NCBI GenBank assembly: GCA_965198185.1
Contig: CBDAOU010000001.1
Span: 636,310-700,309, forward strand
DNA length: 64,000 nt
Origin: Chloroflexota bacterium
GTDB taxonomy: Bacteria; Chloroflexota; UBA11872
Reading direction: 5' to 3'
The notes beneath the pieces are model-generated. The model was given only the letters and a program-made list of their open reading frames with translations, made no database searches and was not told the DNA's origin. Shown here piece after piece: positions 51,068 to 59,516 of the stretch. The number at the start of each line of letters is the position of its first letter. Position 1 is the first letter of the stretch. The position numbers and the translations under genes are program-made.

Positions 51068-53322
51068 GGACCGGCCGCGGCGTCTGGACGGCAGCACCGA
51101 GGGACTGGTATTTCACGTGATCCCTTGGGCCGGAGGTCTGCCGCCAGCAGCAGCGCCATGCCCATGGCCGCCAGCGCGCCAGTGAGGGTTTGATAGGCCG
51201 CGCCGGCGGAATCGCCGTGGAGGTCGAAGGGGGCGTACCAGGCGAACAGCTCGCGGCGGAAGCTCAGGTAATCCAAGTCGCCGCGGGGCAGGTCGAGGGG
51301 ATGGGCCCAGAGTTGGGGCGCGTTGACGTAGATATCAGCGGGCAGGAGACTGCCGCCCCGGTCGTGCGCGTAGGCCTCGGGTGTGCCGAGCACATAGAGG
51401 CTGCCGGCGGTCAGATAGACAACTAGGGCGAGCCCGGCCGCGGCGGCGATGGTGCGCGCGGCCGCGCCCCGTTGCGCCGCCAGAGCACCCAGCGCCGTCG
51501 CGCCAAGCGCGGCCAGCACCGCCATGATCGGAGCCGGATAGGCGATGTGGCGCACGAACTCCTGGGCGTCGTGGGGGCGAACGGTGTAGGAGTCGATGCC
51601 GAGGGTCACGACCACGTTGACGCCCGCCGCCAGCGGCAACACGGCAAAGGCCCAGTGGCGGCGGGTGCCCGCAACGGCGCCGATCGCGGCGAGAGCGAGG
51701 AGGACGGCGATGAGGAGGGGGAAGCGAACGTCTTCAAGGAGTACATCACGGGAGATCTCATGCCAGGTCGTGCCGCCCACGAGGCCGGCATGGTCGGCAA
51801 TCCTGTTGAGGGCGAACTCGCGCGCGGCAGTGGGCCACGGGCGGCCGAGTTGCACCTGACTAAATAGCGCCAGCGGAGTCAGCAGGGCGGCCGCCATCAG
51901 CGCGCCGGCAACGGTCCAGCGCGAGCGGATGCCGACGAGTGCGCCGAGAACGAGCAGGCCGCCATAGAGCAGGCCCTCGGGCCGGGTACCGGCGAGCACG
52001 GCTGCGAGCACACCGAGCACCGGCAGGGATGCCCGCGGGTGGGGGGTCCGCAGCACGTGTGCGAATACCCACACCGCGCCCGCCAGCCAGGCGATGAACA
52101 CCGGATCGGGCTCGGCGGAGCCCAGGCTTGCAATTTGGACCGGTGGCAGCAGCACCAACCCGACGGCGGCGGCGAAGGCCGCGGCACGCGCGGCGCCGGC
52201 GGCCAGCGCAGCGCGATAGATCAGCCACGGCAGCAACACGTTGGCCAGGAAGAGGGGGGCCAAGGCCGCAGGATAGGTGTAGCCCAGGACCGTGAAGGCC
52301 GCCAGCTGCAGCAGCGGCAGGCCGGGCAGGCTGAGCCAGTCTCCCCAGATGGGATAGCGTGCCTGGCCCAGGGCGTAGGCCGTGCTCCAGAAGTGGCCGA
52401 GGTCATCCATGGTCACGGCGATATAGGACGCGGCCTGCAGGCCGCCGATCAGCAGCAGCGACAGCGTGGCCGCGGGCGCTGCCAGGCGTCGCAGGGTCAG
52501 GCGCCAGCCCTCCCAAAGCCGGCTGGGTGCGGCGCGCTCGCCCCACCAGACGGTGGCAGCGGTCAGCGCCAGCCCAACGGCGAGCGTCACCGCCAGCACC
52601 TGTGCGCCGGCGGAGGTGGCCAGCTCGTGCCGGGGCGCCGCCGGGACGGCGGTGATGACCGCCATGACCCACGCGGCGGCGAAGGGCAGCGTCCGCCAGG
52701 CCACTCCTTGCGACGTGCGCGCCGCCGGCTGCGGGGGCAGCCGTGCCAATCCTCCGGTCACCGCCGCCCCGAGCACCCAGCCGATCAGCGCCCACGGTGG
52801 CTCGAAACTGGAAGAATCAACCACGGCCACTTGCAGCAACGCCGCAATCGCCACGCCGGCGGCCCCGCCGTAGGCCAGATCAACGCTCGCGCTGGAACCG
52901 CCGGCCCGCTGAGCGGTCAGCACAATGCTCAGCGGCAGCACGGCGACCAGCACCCAGTTCAGCGCGCTCAGCTTCATCATCAGATGGACTAGGTCCGGGC
53001 TGAAATGCATCGCGGCGGCGACGCCGATCAGAGGCAGGGCGAACAGAGGGGTGACGGCGGGCGACCGGCGCCAAGCGACGACGGCGGCCAGCGCCGCCAG
53101 CACCGCGCCGGTCGCCAACACGTCCCAGGACGCGCGGAGGCCGGCCCCGATCGGCCCGCCCACGAGGAGCGCGCCGAGCAGGCCGTGCCCGGCGGCACTG
53201 AGCACGACGAGGCTTGCGGCTACCGGCGGCCTCCAGGTACGCCGCGTGAGGTTCTGGGTGATTCCGAAGTGGGCGTCGCCGTCAGGAGCGCTTGGGATCG
53301 CTTCGCCTGGTGAAGCGGACAA
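51064..53322 (-). CDS. Large polytopic membrane protein, putative GT-C fold glycosyltransferase
   Basis: Many TM segments, MDD..HF...A acidic loop, EPD and TRPEG motifs; adjacent to GT2 genes. Confidence 0.58.
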   Translation of the reverse strand: MSASPGEAIPSAPDGDAHFGITQNLTRRTWRPPVAASLVVLSAAGHGLLGALLVGGPIGAGLRASWDVLATGAVLAALAAVVAWRRSPAVTPLFALPLIGVAAAMHFSPDLVHLMMKLSALNWVLVAVLPLSIVLTAQRAGGSSASVDLAYGGAAGVAIAALLQVAVVDSSSFEPPWALIGWVLGAAVTGGLARLPPQPAARTSQGVAWRTLPFAAAWVMAVITAVPAAPRHELATSAGAQVLAVTLAVGLALTAATVWWGERAAPSRLWEGWRLTLRRLAAPAATLSLLLIGGLQAASYIAVTMDDLGHFWSTAYALGQARYPIWGDWLSLPGLPLLQLAAFTVLGYTYPAALAPLFLANVLLPWLIYRAALAAGAARAAAFAAAVGLVLLPPVQIASLGSAEPDPVFIAWLAGAVWVFAHVLRTPHPRASLPVLGVLAAVLAGTRPEGLLYGGLLVLGALVGIRSRWTVAGALMAAALLTPLALFSQVQLGRPWPTAAREFALNRIADHAGLVGGTTWHEISRDVLLEDVRFPLLIAVLLALAAIGAVAGTRRHWAFAVLPLAAGVNVVVTLGIDSYTVRPHDAQEFVRHIAYPAPIMAVLAALGATALGALAAQRGAAARTIAAAAGLALVVYLTAGSLYVLGTPEAYAHDRGGSLLPADIYVNAPQLWAHPLDLPRGDLDYLSFRRELFAWYAPFDLHGDSAGAAYQTLTGALAAMGMALLLAADLRPKGSREIPVPRCCRPDAAAGP

Positions 53323-53323
53323 G

Positions 53324-53480
53324 CTAGTCGCTGTCGCGCGCGACGCGGCCGCCGCGCAGGTTCACGATCTCCGCCATGATGGCCAGCGCGATCTCGGCCG
53401 GTGTGCGGCGGCCGGAATCCAGGCCGATCGGGGCGTAGACGCGGCGGAACTTGTCGGGCGACGACCCGCGTTCAGCGGTC
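53324..53480 (-). pseudogene. C-terminal remnant of an XdhC/CoxI family protein
   Basis: RVYAPIGLDSGRRTPAEIALAIMAEIV is the XdhC C-terminal signature; no N-terminal part is present. Confidence 0.72.
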
Positions 53481-53508
53481 GCATCGGCGGCGCGCAGCCT
53501 TGCGACAG

Positions 53509-54669
53509 TCAGTCGGGGGCGGCGCCGAGGAACGCGATGAAGGCCAGATGCACGCCACTGATGATGAGCGCCTGGGCCAGGGCGGCGAGTTGGGCGCCGG
53601 CCGTGGAGGCGGCGCCGCCAACCCACTGGACGAAGATGAACACGTCGATGCCGACCCCGCCGAGAACCGCGAGGGTGGCCAGCGCCAGGGCGGTTTCCAG
53701 GTGCACAAGCGGATAGATGCGCGCCAGCCAGCGCGAGGGCCGCGCCAAGCCGGTCTGGACCAGACGGCGGTGCGCCACCAGACCGAAGGCGAGGCCGCTG
53801 ACGCCCAACACCCAGAAGATCGGCCCGGCGAACACAGGTTGCCACCGCAGGCCGCCGATGTCCGCGCTCGAGGCGGTGAAGCCGAGCACGAAGGTCAGGC
53901 TGCCCAGCGTGAGGAGGATCGCGCTGGGCAGCACGTACAGCAACGCGGGCGTCAGCAGCAGGATCAGTCGCAGATGGCGCCAACCGTCGCGCAGAGTCCG
54001 CAGCTTGCTCTCCCCCTCGCGGGGACCATAGGACGTCGGGATTTCGGCGATGCGCAGACCTTGGATGGCAGCCTTGGCGATCATCTCGGAGGCCAGCTCC
54101 ATACCGCTGGACCGCAGACGCAGCCGGTCGATGGCTGGGCGGGTCAACGCGCGGAGGCCGCTTTGGCTGTCGCGAATGTGGACACCGTAGGTGCGCCGCA
54201 ACACCCAACTGATGAGCGGGGTGCCAATGCGACGATGCAGCCAGGGCATGGCGCCCGGCTGCACGCCGGCCAGGCGATTGCCTAGGGCCAGGTCGAAGCC
54301 GTCCTACAGCGGCGTCACGAGCGCCGCCAGGCTCGCAAGGTCGTAGGTGTCGTCCGCATCCGCCATCACAATGAACCGGCCGCGAGCCTCCGTAAAGCCG
54401 CGCCGCAACGCCGCGCCATAGCCGGGGCAGGCTTCGCGCACCACTCGTGCCCCCGCCGCTTCGGCGAGCGCCGCTGAGTCGTCCGTCGAGCCGTTGTCGA
54501 CGACCAGCACCTCCCCAGGCAACCCCGTGCGCGCGACGCCCAGATGCGCTGCCCGCACGGACGCGGCCACCGTCTGGGCTTCATTCAGGCAGGGAAGGAT
54601 GACCGAGATCGCTGGGGCAAGGGTGTCGACCGTGACCTTCTGGCGAGGCGACGAGGGCATTGGGGGCAC
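53509..54669 (-). pseudogene. GT2 glycosyltransferase (DPM-synthase-like with TM C-terminus) interrupted by in-frame TAG at 54304-54306
   Basis: SVILPCLNE, VDNGSTD, GYG.AL, MADAD, then PL*DGFDLALGNR, DSQSG.R, R.GESKL...DG in the same frame. Confidence 0.8.
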
Positions 54670-54779
54670 GTCTGTGAGTTCCGCACCGTGCGGCTACCTG
54701 AGGTGCCCCGATGGTAGTGGATTGCTGAGCCCGCAGCGCAAGCGGCGTCTGGCTATGACAGCCGGCGGCGCGCGGTGGC

Positions 54780-55544
54780 ATGCTGCGGCGGATGTCGCTG
54801 TCCAGTCCCCCGCACGTCTGCTTCGTTGTTCCCACCTACAACGAGGCAGCCAACATCACACCGCTGCTGGAGCGGGTGACCGGGCTGTACCCCAGCGGCG
54901 ACACGGCGGTTCTGATTGTGGACGACCGCAGCCCCGACGGCACGGGGGACTTGGTGCGGGCCTTCGCTACCGGCGATCGGCGCGTGCATCTGCTTGAGGG
55001 TCCCCGGTGCGGCCTGGGCCGCGCCTACGTGCGCGGCATCCGGCACGCCCTTGATGAGCTGGGGGCCGAGGTGATCGTGCAGATGGACGCCGATTTCTCG
55101 CATGATCCCGCCGACGCGCGCCGGCTGCTGGATCGTCTCGGTGCCGGTGCCGACGTGGTGATCGGGAGCCGCTATGTCGCCGGCGGCGGCATCGACAACC
55201 GCTGGAGCCTGCGCCGCCGGCTGCTGTCGGGATGGGGCAACCAACTGACGCGCTGGGTCGCGGGCTTGCGACGCGTGCGGGACTGTACGGCGGGATTCAA
55301 GGCCATCAGCGCCAACGCGCTGCGCGCAGCCGACATCGACGGCATCACGGCGCGGGGGCAGGCCTTCCAGGTCGTGTTGCTGCACCGCCTGACCCGTGGC
55401 GGCGCGCGCGTCGTGGAGGAGCCAATCTTCTTCCGCGAGCGCGATCGCGGGCGGACCAAGCTGGGCTGGCGGGACATCGTGGAGTGTCTGCTCGTCATAT
55501 GGCGGCTGCGACTCACCGACCTTCTCCGGTCGCGCCAGACGTGA
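54780..55544 (+). CDS. Polyprenol monophosphomannose synthase (GT2, Ppm1/DPM1-like)
   Basis: VVPTYNE, VDD.SPDGT, GLG.AY, QMDADFSHDP, IGSRY, D.T.GFK, F.ER..G.TK. Confidence 0.88.
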   Translation: MLRRMSLSSPPHVCFVVPTYNEAANITPLLERVTGLYPSGDTAVLIVDDRSPDGTGDLVRAFATGDRRVHLLEGPRCGLGRAYVRGIRHALDELGAEVIVQMDADFSHDPADARRLLDRLGAGADVVIGSRYVAGGGIDNRWSLRRRLLSGWGNQLTRWVAGLRRVRDCTAGFKAISANALRAADIDGITARGQAFQVVLLHRLTRGGARVVEEPIFFRERDRGRTKLGWRDIVECLLVIWRLRLTDLLRSRQT

Positions 55545-55621
55545 GCGACGCGCTCAGTAGCTAGCACCCCGCAGGGTGAGCGCGCATTGCCATGGAGGCC
55601 CGTTGGTTTACTGATCAGTTG

Positions 55622-55650
55622 TTGACGTTACATTTGTAACGATCTAGGAT
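55622..55650 (+). promoter_or_regulatory. Sigma70-type promoter with palindromic operator upstream of the portal gene
   Basis: TTGACG (55622-27), 17 bp, TAGGAT (55645-50); perfect inverted repeat CGTTACA-TT-TGTAACG at 55626-55641; AGGAGG RBS at 55701-55706. Confidence 0.72.
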
Positions 55651-55711
55651 TAGGGCTGTAGCACGCAGGCGCCTGCCTCGCTCGGCGCGCCAATGACACC
55701 AGGAGGCCCTC

Positions 55712-57400
55712 TTGCCCGAGTCCCGTCCCGACGCGTTGCCCCCACCGTCCGAGTCCTATGTGCAAGAGCTGGAGCAGCATCTGCTCACCGAGTTCGGCGG
55801 CCGCAACGCGCGCATTGAGCGCTTGCGACGGCTGCGGTTCATGGAGGAGCCGGTCGACATTCCGGCGGCCTATCGGGCCACGACGCGCGAGGTGCGGACG
55901 CCGCTGGCCCGGGAGCAGCTCAAGCGGGTCGTGGGCAGCCTGACCGCCAACCACCCGACCATCAGCGTGCCGCCGGCCGATCAGACGTCGGAGAGCCGAG
56001 CCAACGCCTCGCGTCGCGAGCGTTGGACGGCCGCCGCCCTGCGGCGCATGAAGAACGACGCCGAGCGCGACATCTTCGGCATGTTCGTGGACGCGCTGGT
56101 GGCCGACGGCACAGGGGTGATGAAGCTGGTCTACGTCCCCGAGCGCTGGGCGGGGTATCCGAGCCGCGGCGACGCCGGGCCGGAGACCGACGCCGCGTTC
56201 AACGAGCGGTCGACTCGCTTCAAGCGCGCCGCGCCGTTCCCGCTGGCGTGGCGCGACGTGGACGTGCTGACCTTCTATCCCCTGATCGGCGACGACGGGA
56301 TCGAGGCCTGCCTGGAGATCGCCGAGCGGCCCAAGTGGCTCATGATGCGGCGCTACGGCCTCGTCGAGGACCGACGCACCGGTCGCCTGGCGCCCGCGGG
56401 CCGCGCGTCGGCGGCGGAGGGTCCGGCAGCCGCCGGCGGCACCGTGCGCGTGGTCGAATACTGGGACCGCGAGCATTTCGCCTACCTGGTGGACGGCCAT
56501 CTGGTGCGGCGCGGCCGCCACGCCTACGGCGCGGTGCCTTATGTGATGGCGCACGGCAACCAGTCGCCCAGCCGCGACCCGGCCAAGGCCGGCGAGTCGA
56601 TGCTGGCGTCGGTCGAATACCTGGTGCCGCTGCTCGACCGGCTGCTGACCATGAAGCAGAACGCGGTGCACCTCTACGCCTACCCGACGCCCAAGCTCAC
56701 CGGCTTTGCGGGCGGCGACGGCGCCCTCGGCGAGGACGGCCGCCCGCCGCCGATCGAGTTCCGGCCGGGCGAGATTCTGCCGTTGTTCCCCGGTGAGGAT
56801 CTGAGCTTGCTGCAGTGGTCGGGCACGCCACCCGATCTGGACGAGCTCATCGCCCTTACGCGCTCGATGATCGATCAGGCCGGCGTACCCACGGTGCTCT
56901 TCGGCATCGCGCCCGGCGGCAACACGAGCGGGTACTACCTGAACCAGCTGATCAACGCGGCGCGCTTGTCGTTCAACCAGATCACGCGGCACGCCGAGCA
57001 GGCGCTGGAGCGCATCGTGCAGCTGGCCTGGCGTCTGGTCGAACACCGGGTGCGCGAAACGGTGTATGTCTACGGCGACGACGACGCCGCGTGGCTGGGC
57101 CTGTCGCCGCGCGACATCAGCGGCTACTACGCCGTGCGCGCCAAGCTGGAGGCCCTGGCCCCGGCGGATGAGATCGCCCAAGGCACCTATGCCGCGAACC
57201 TGGTGGCGGCCAAGCTGGCGTCCCGGCGCTGGGCCATGCAGGAGAAGCTGGGCATCGCCAACGCGGCGGAGATGCAGGCGGAGATCATGCGCGAGGAGAT
57301 GCTTGACGATCCGGAGGTCCGGCGCGCCCTATGGCGCCGCGAGGGCGCCGTATCCGCGGCGGCTGACGCCGACCGCGCGGCCCCGGCGGACGGATCGTGA
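55712..57400 (+). CDS. Phage portal protein-like
   Basis: 562 aa; DG.GV.KL, RDVD...FYP, VVEYWD, H.YG.VPY, SG...NQL and SRR.AM.EKLGI patterns typical of portals; adjacent to a terminase. Confidence 0.72.
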   Translation: MPESRPDALPPPSESYVQELEQHLLTEFGGRNARIERLRRLRFMEEPVDIPAAYRATTREVRTPLAREQLKRVVGSLTANHPTISVPPADQTSESRANASRRERWTAAALRRMKNDAERDIFGMFVDALVADGTGVMKLVYVPERWAGYPSRGDAGPETDAAFNERSTRFKRAAPFPLAWRDVDVLTFYPLIGDDGIEACLEIAERPKWLMMRRYGLVEDRRTGRLAPAGRASAAEGPAAAGGTVRVVEYWDREHFAYLVDGHLVRRGRHAYGAVPYVMAHGNQSPSRDPAKAGESMLASVEYLVPLLDRLLTMKQNAVHLYAYPTPKLTGFAGGDGALGEDGRPPPIEFRPGEILPLFPGEDLSLLQWSGTPPDLDELIALTRSMIDQAGVPTVLFGIAPGGNTSGYYLNQLINAARLSFNQITRHAEQALERIVQLAWRLVEHRVRETVYVYGDDDAAWLGLSPRDISGYYAVRAKLEALAPADEIAQGTYAANLVAAKLASRRWAMQEKLGIANAAEMQAEIMREEMLDDPEVRRALWRREGAVSAAADADRAAPADGS

Positions 57401-57633
57401 CGGCGGCAAAGCGACGGCCGTCGCCCCACGAGCTTCCCGCGCGATTTCGCACGCTGGCCGAGGAGCACACGGACGAGATCTGTGCGGCTGTCATCGACCG
57501 CGCGCGCAAGGGCGAGCGCTGGGCGACCGAGCTGGTGATGCAATACGCCTTCGACCGCTCAGCCGCAGCCTCCGAGGACGCGCTCGTGACTCTGCTGGAG
57601 GACATCCGCGCCCGCCTTGCGCACAGCGCGTGA
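57397..57633 (+). CDS. Small helical protein, candidate terminase small subunit
   Basis: 78 aa, GTGA-coupled to the portal gene and overlapping terL; the A.KG...A..L...Y helical hairpin resembles TerS oligomerisation segments. Confidence 0.5.
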   Translation: MTAAKRRPSPHELPARFRTLAEEHTDEICAAVIDRARKGERWATELVMQYAFDRSAAASEDALVTLLEDIRARLAHSA

Positions 57634-58909
57634 GGCGCTGTGGCGGCGCGTGGGCTACGCGCCGAGCCCCGAGCAGCGGCGGGCGCATGACTCGCCCGCG
57701 CGCATTCGCCTGATCGCCGGCGGGGAACGTGCCGGCAAGAGCCGCAGCGCCGCCATGGAGCTGTTCGGCCGCTGCCTTGAAGGCCGGCTCTACTGGCTGG
57801 TCGGCCCGGACTATGAGCTCTGCCGGCCCGAGTTCCGTTATTTGGCGGAGGCGTTTGGGGCCATCGGCGCCGTCGAGAGCCTGAGCTTCCCGTCGTCGGA
57901 GCAGTGTCGCCTGACGTTGCGCACCGGGGCGCGGATCGTGACCAAGTCGGCCCGCGATCCGGCGCGGCTGGCCGGCGAGGCGCCCGACGGAATTCTGGGC
58001 TGCGAGGCAGCCCAGTTGCCCTATGAGGTCTACCTGCGCCTGAGAGGCCGCGTGGCGGAGCGCCGCGGCTGGCTCTGGCTGAGCGGCACGTTCGAGGGCT
58101 CGCGCGGCTGGTACGCGGACCACTTCAGCGCCTGGCAGGTGGTGAACGCCGACGGCGCGGCGGCGTTCTCGATTCCGACCTGGTCCAACCGCACACTGTT
58201 TCCGGGCGGGCGCGCCGACGCCGAGATCGAGGCGCTCGAAGCGACCTATCCAGCGTCGGTGTTTCGGGAACGATTCGGCGGCGTGCCCTGCCCGCCCGCG
58301 ACCCTGGTGTTTCCTGAATTCGAGCCGGCGCGCCACGTGGCCGCCGTCGATCCGGCTGCCGTCGAGACCGTGGAGCTCGCGATCGACCCGGGATATGCCG
58401 GCGCCTATGCCGTGCTCGCGGTGACCGAGGCCGCCGGCGAAGTGCGGGTGATCGACGAGGTCTACCACCGCCGCATGGTGGCCGCGGAGATCATCGCGGA
58501 ATGCCGGCGACGCTGGTGGTGGCCGCGGGTGAGCGGCGGGGTGATCGACGTCGCCGGTCGCCAGCACCACGCCAGCGCCAGCCAGGTCGAAATCTGGCAG
58601 GCCCTAGCTGGGCTGCGCCTGCGGTCCCGCCCGGTGCGGGTCCAGGACGGCATCGATCGCCTGCGCACCTTCCTCCGCGACCCGGCCAGCGGGGAGCCGC
58701 GACTCACCCTGGCGCCGGCCTGCCGCGCGCTCATGCAGGAATTTGGAAGCTATCGCTACCACGAGATGCGGGACGACCGCCCAATCTCGGAGCTGCCCAT
58801 CGACCGCGATAACCATGCCATCAAGGCGCTGGCCTACTGGCTCTATGACCGCTTTGGGCCCGTTGCACGGCCGGCGCGGGCGTACCGGTCGTTCGCTCTG
58901 GTGGGCTAA
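57617..58909 (+). CDS. Terminase large subunit-like (ATPase + RNase H-fold nuclease)
   Basis: P..EQ, GGERAGKS Walker A, WLVGPDY, ILGCEAAQ Walker B position, SGT, AIDPG, IDEVY, V.DGI..L and PID.DNH C-terminus. Confidence 0.82.
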   Translation: MRTAREALWRRVGYAPSPEQRRAHDSPARIRLIAGGERAGKSRSAAMELFGRCLEGRLYWLVGPDYELCRPEFRYLAEAFGAIGAVESLSFPSSEQCRLTLRTGARIVTKSARDPARLAGEAPDGILGCEAAQLPYEVYLRLRGRVAERRGWLWLSGTFEGSRGWYADHFSAWQVVNADGAAAFSIPTWSNRTLFPGGRADAEIEALEATYPASVFRERFGGVPCPPATLVFPEFEPARHVAAVDPAAVETVELAIDPGYAGAYAVLAVTEAAGEVRVIDEVYHRRMVAAEIIAECRRRWWWPRVSGGVIDVAGRQHHASASQVEIWQALAGLRLRSRPVRVQDGIDRLRTFLRDPASGEPRLTLAPACRALMQEFGSYRYHEMRDDRPISELPIDRDNHAIKALAYWLYDRFGPVARPARAYRSFALVG

Positions 58910-58991
58910 CGGTCGCTATCGACGCGACGACCGCCGCGTCGATAGCCCTTGCTACCATTCAACGCCGGGGTGCGCCGCAGCGAGGGTCGGG

Positions 58992-59348
58992 ATGGCGAAG
59001 AACCCGCGTCAGCCGAACGAGCTCTCGCTGAAGCTCGAATGGTCGGGATTCGAGGACCAGCCGGTGCACTTCGTGAACCGGTTTGCCGTCCAGCACGACG
59101 CGCAGGCGAACGAGTTCTATCTCAACGTCGGCGCCGTGTCGCCGCCACTGATCATGGGGTCCGACGCGGACCGTATCGCCACAGCCGCCAAGCTGCAGGA
59201 GCGCGGCACGATTCCGGTGCATCCGGTGGCCCGCCTGGCACTGACCCCGGAGCGCGTCCTTGAGTTGATCAAGGCGTTGCAGACGAATTACCGGAACTAT
59301 CAAGAGGCCTTGGCGCGCCGCCAAGCAGACGCCGACGCCGGCGACTGA
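58992..59348 (+). CDS. Hypothetical protein (DUF3467-like)
   Basis: P.HFVN.F.V......EFYL..G...PP...VARLALTP.....LI..L..N...Y pattern; 118 aa. Confidence 0.58.
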   Translation: MAKNPRQPNELSLKLEWSGFEDQPVHFVNRFAVQHDAQANEFYLNVGAVSPPLIMGSDADRIATAAKLQERGTIPVHPVARLALTPERVLELIKALQTNYRNYQEALARRQADADAGD

Positions 59349-59516
59349 CCCTGATCGGACAGCCGGACCGCGGAGTGGACTGCTTATGGGACGCTGTCGC
59401 GACGTTCGTTTCACGATGCGAGCGATCGGGATCGAGGGTCGGCGCCGAGCCGCTGGCGCGCGGCGAGCAAGCCCGGAGATACTCGCAGGCACTGCTTGGT
59501 TCAAACGCGGTGATCG

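Noticed and set aside
54304-54306. Pyrrolysine or stop-codon recoding at the in-frame TAG
   Set aside because: TAG terminates many intact genes here, no pyl genes are in the window, and another broken gene has TAA; a nonsense mutation or sequencing error is simpler.
55712-58909. Complete prophage
   Set aside because: No integrase, capsid, tail, lysis, replication or repressor genes and no att repeats are recognisable in the window.
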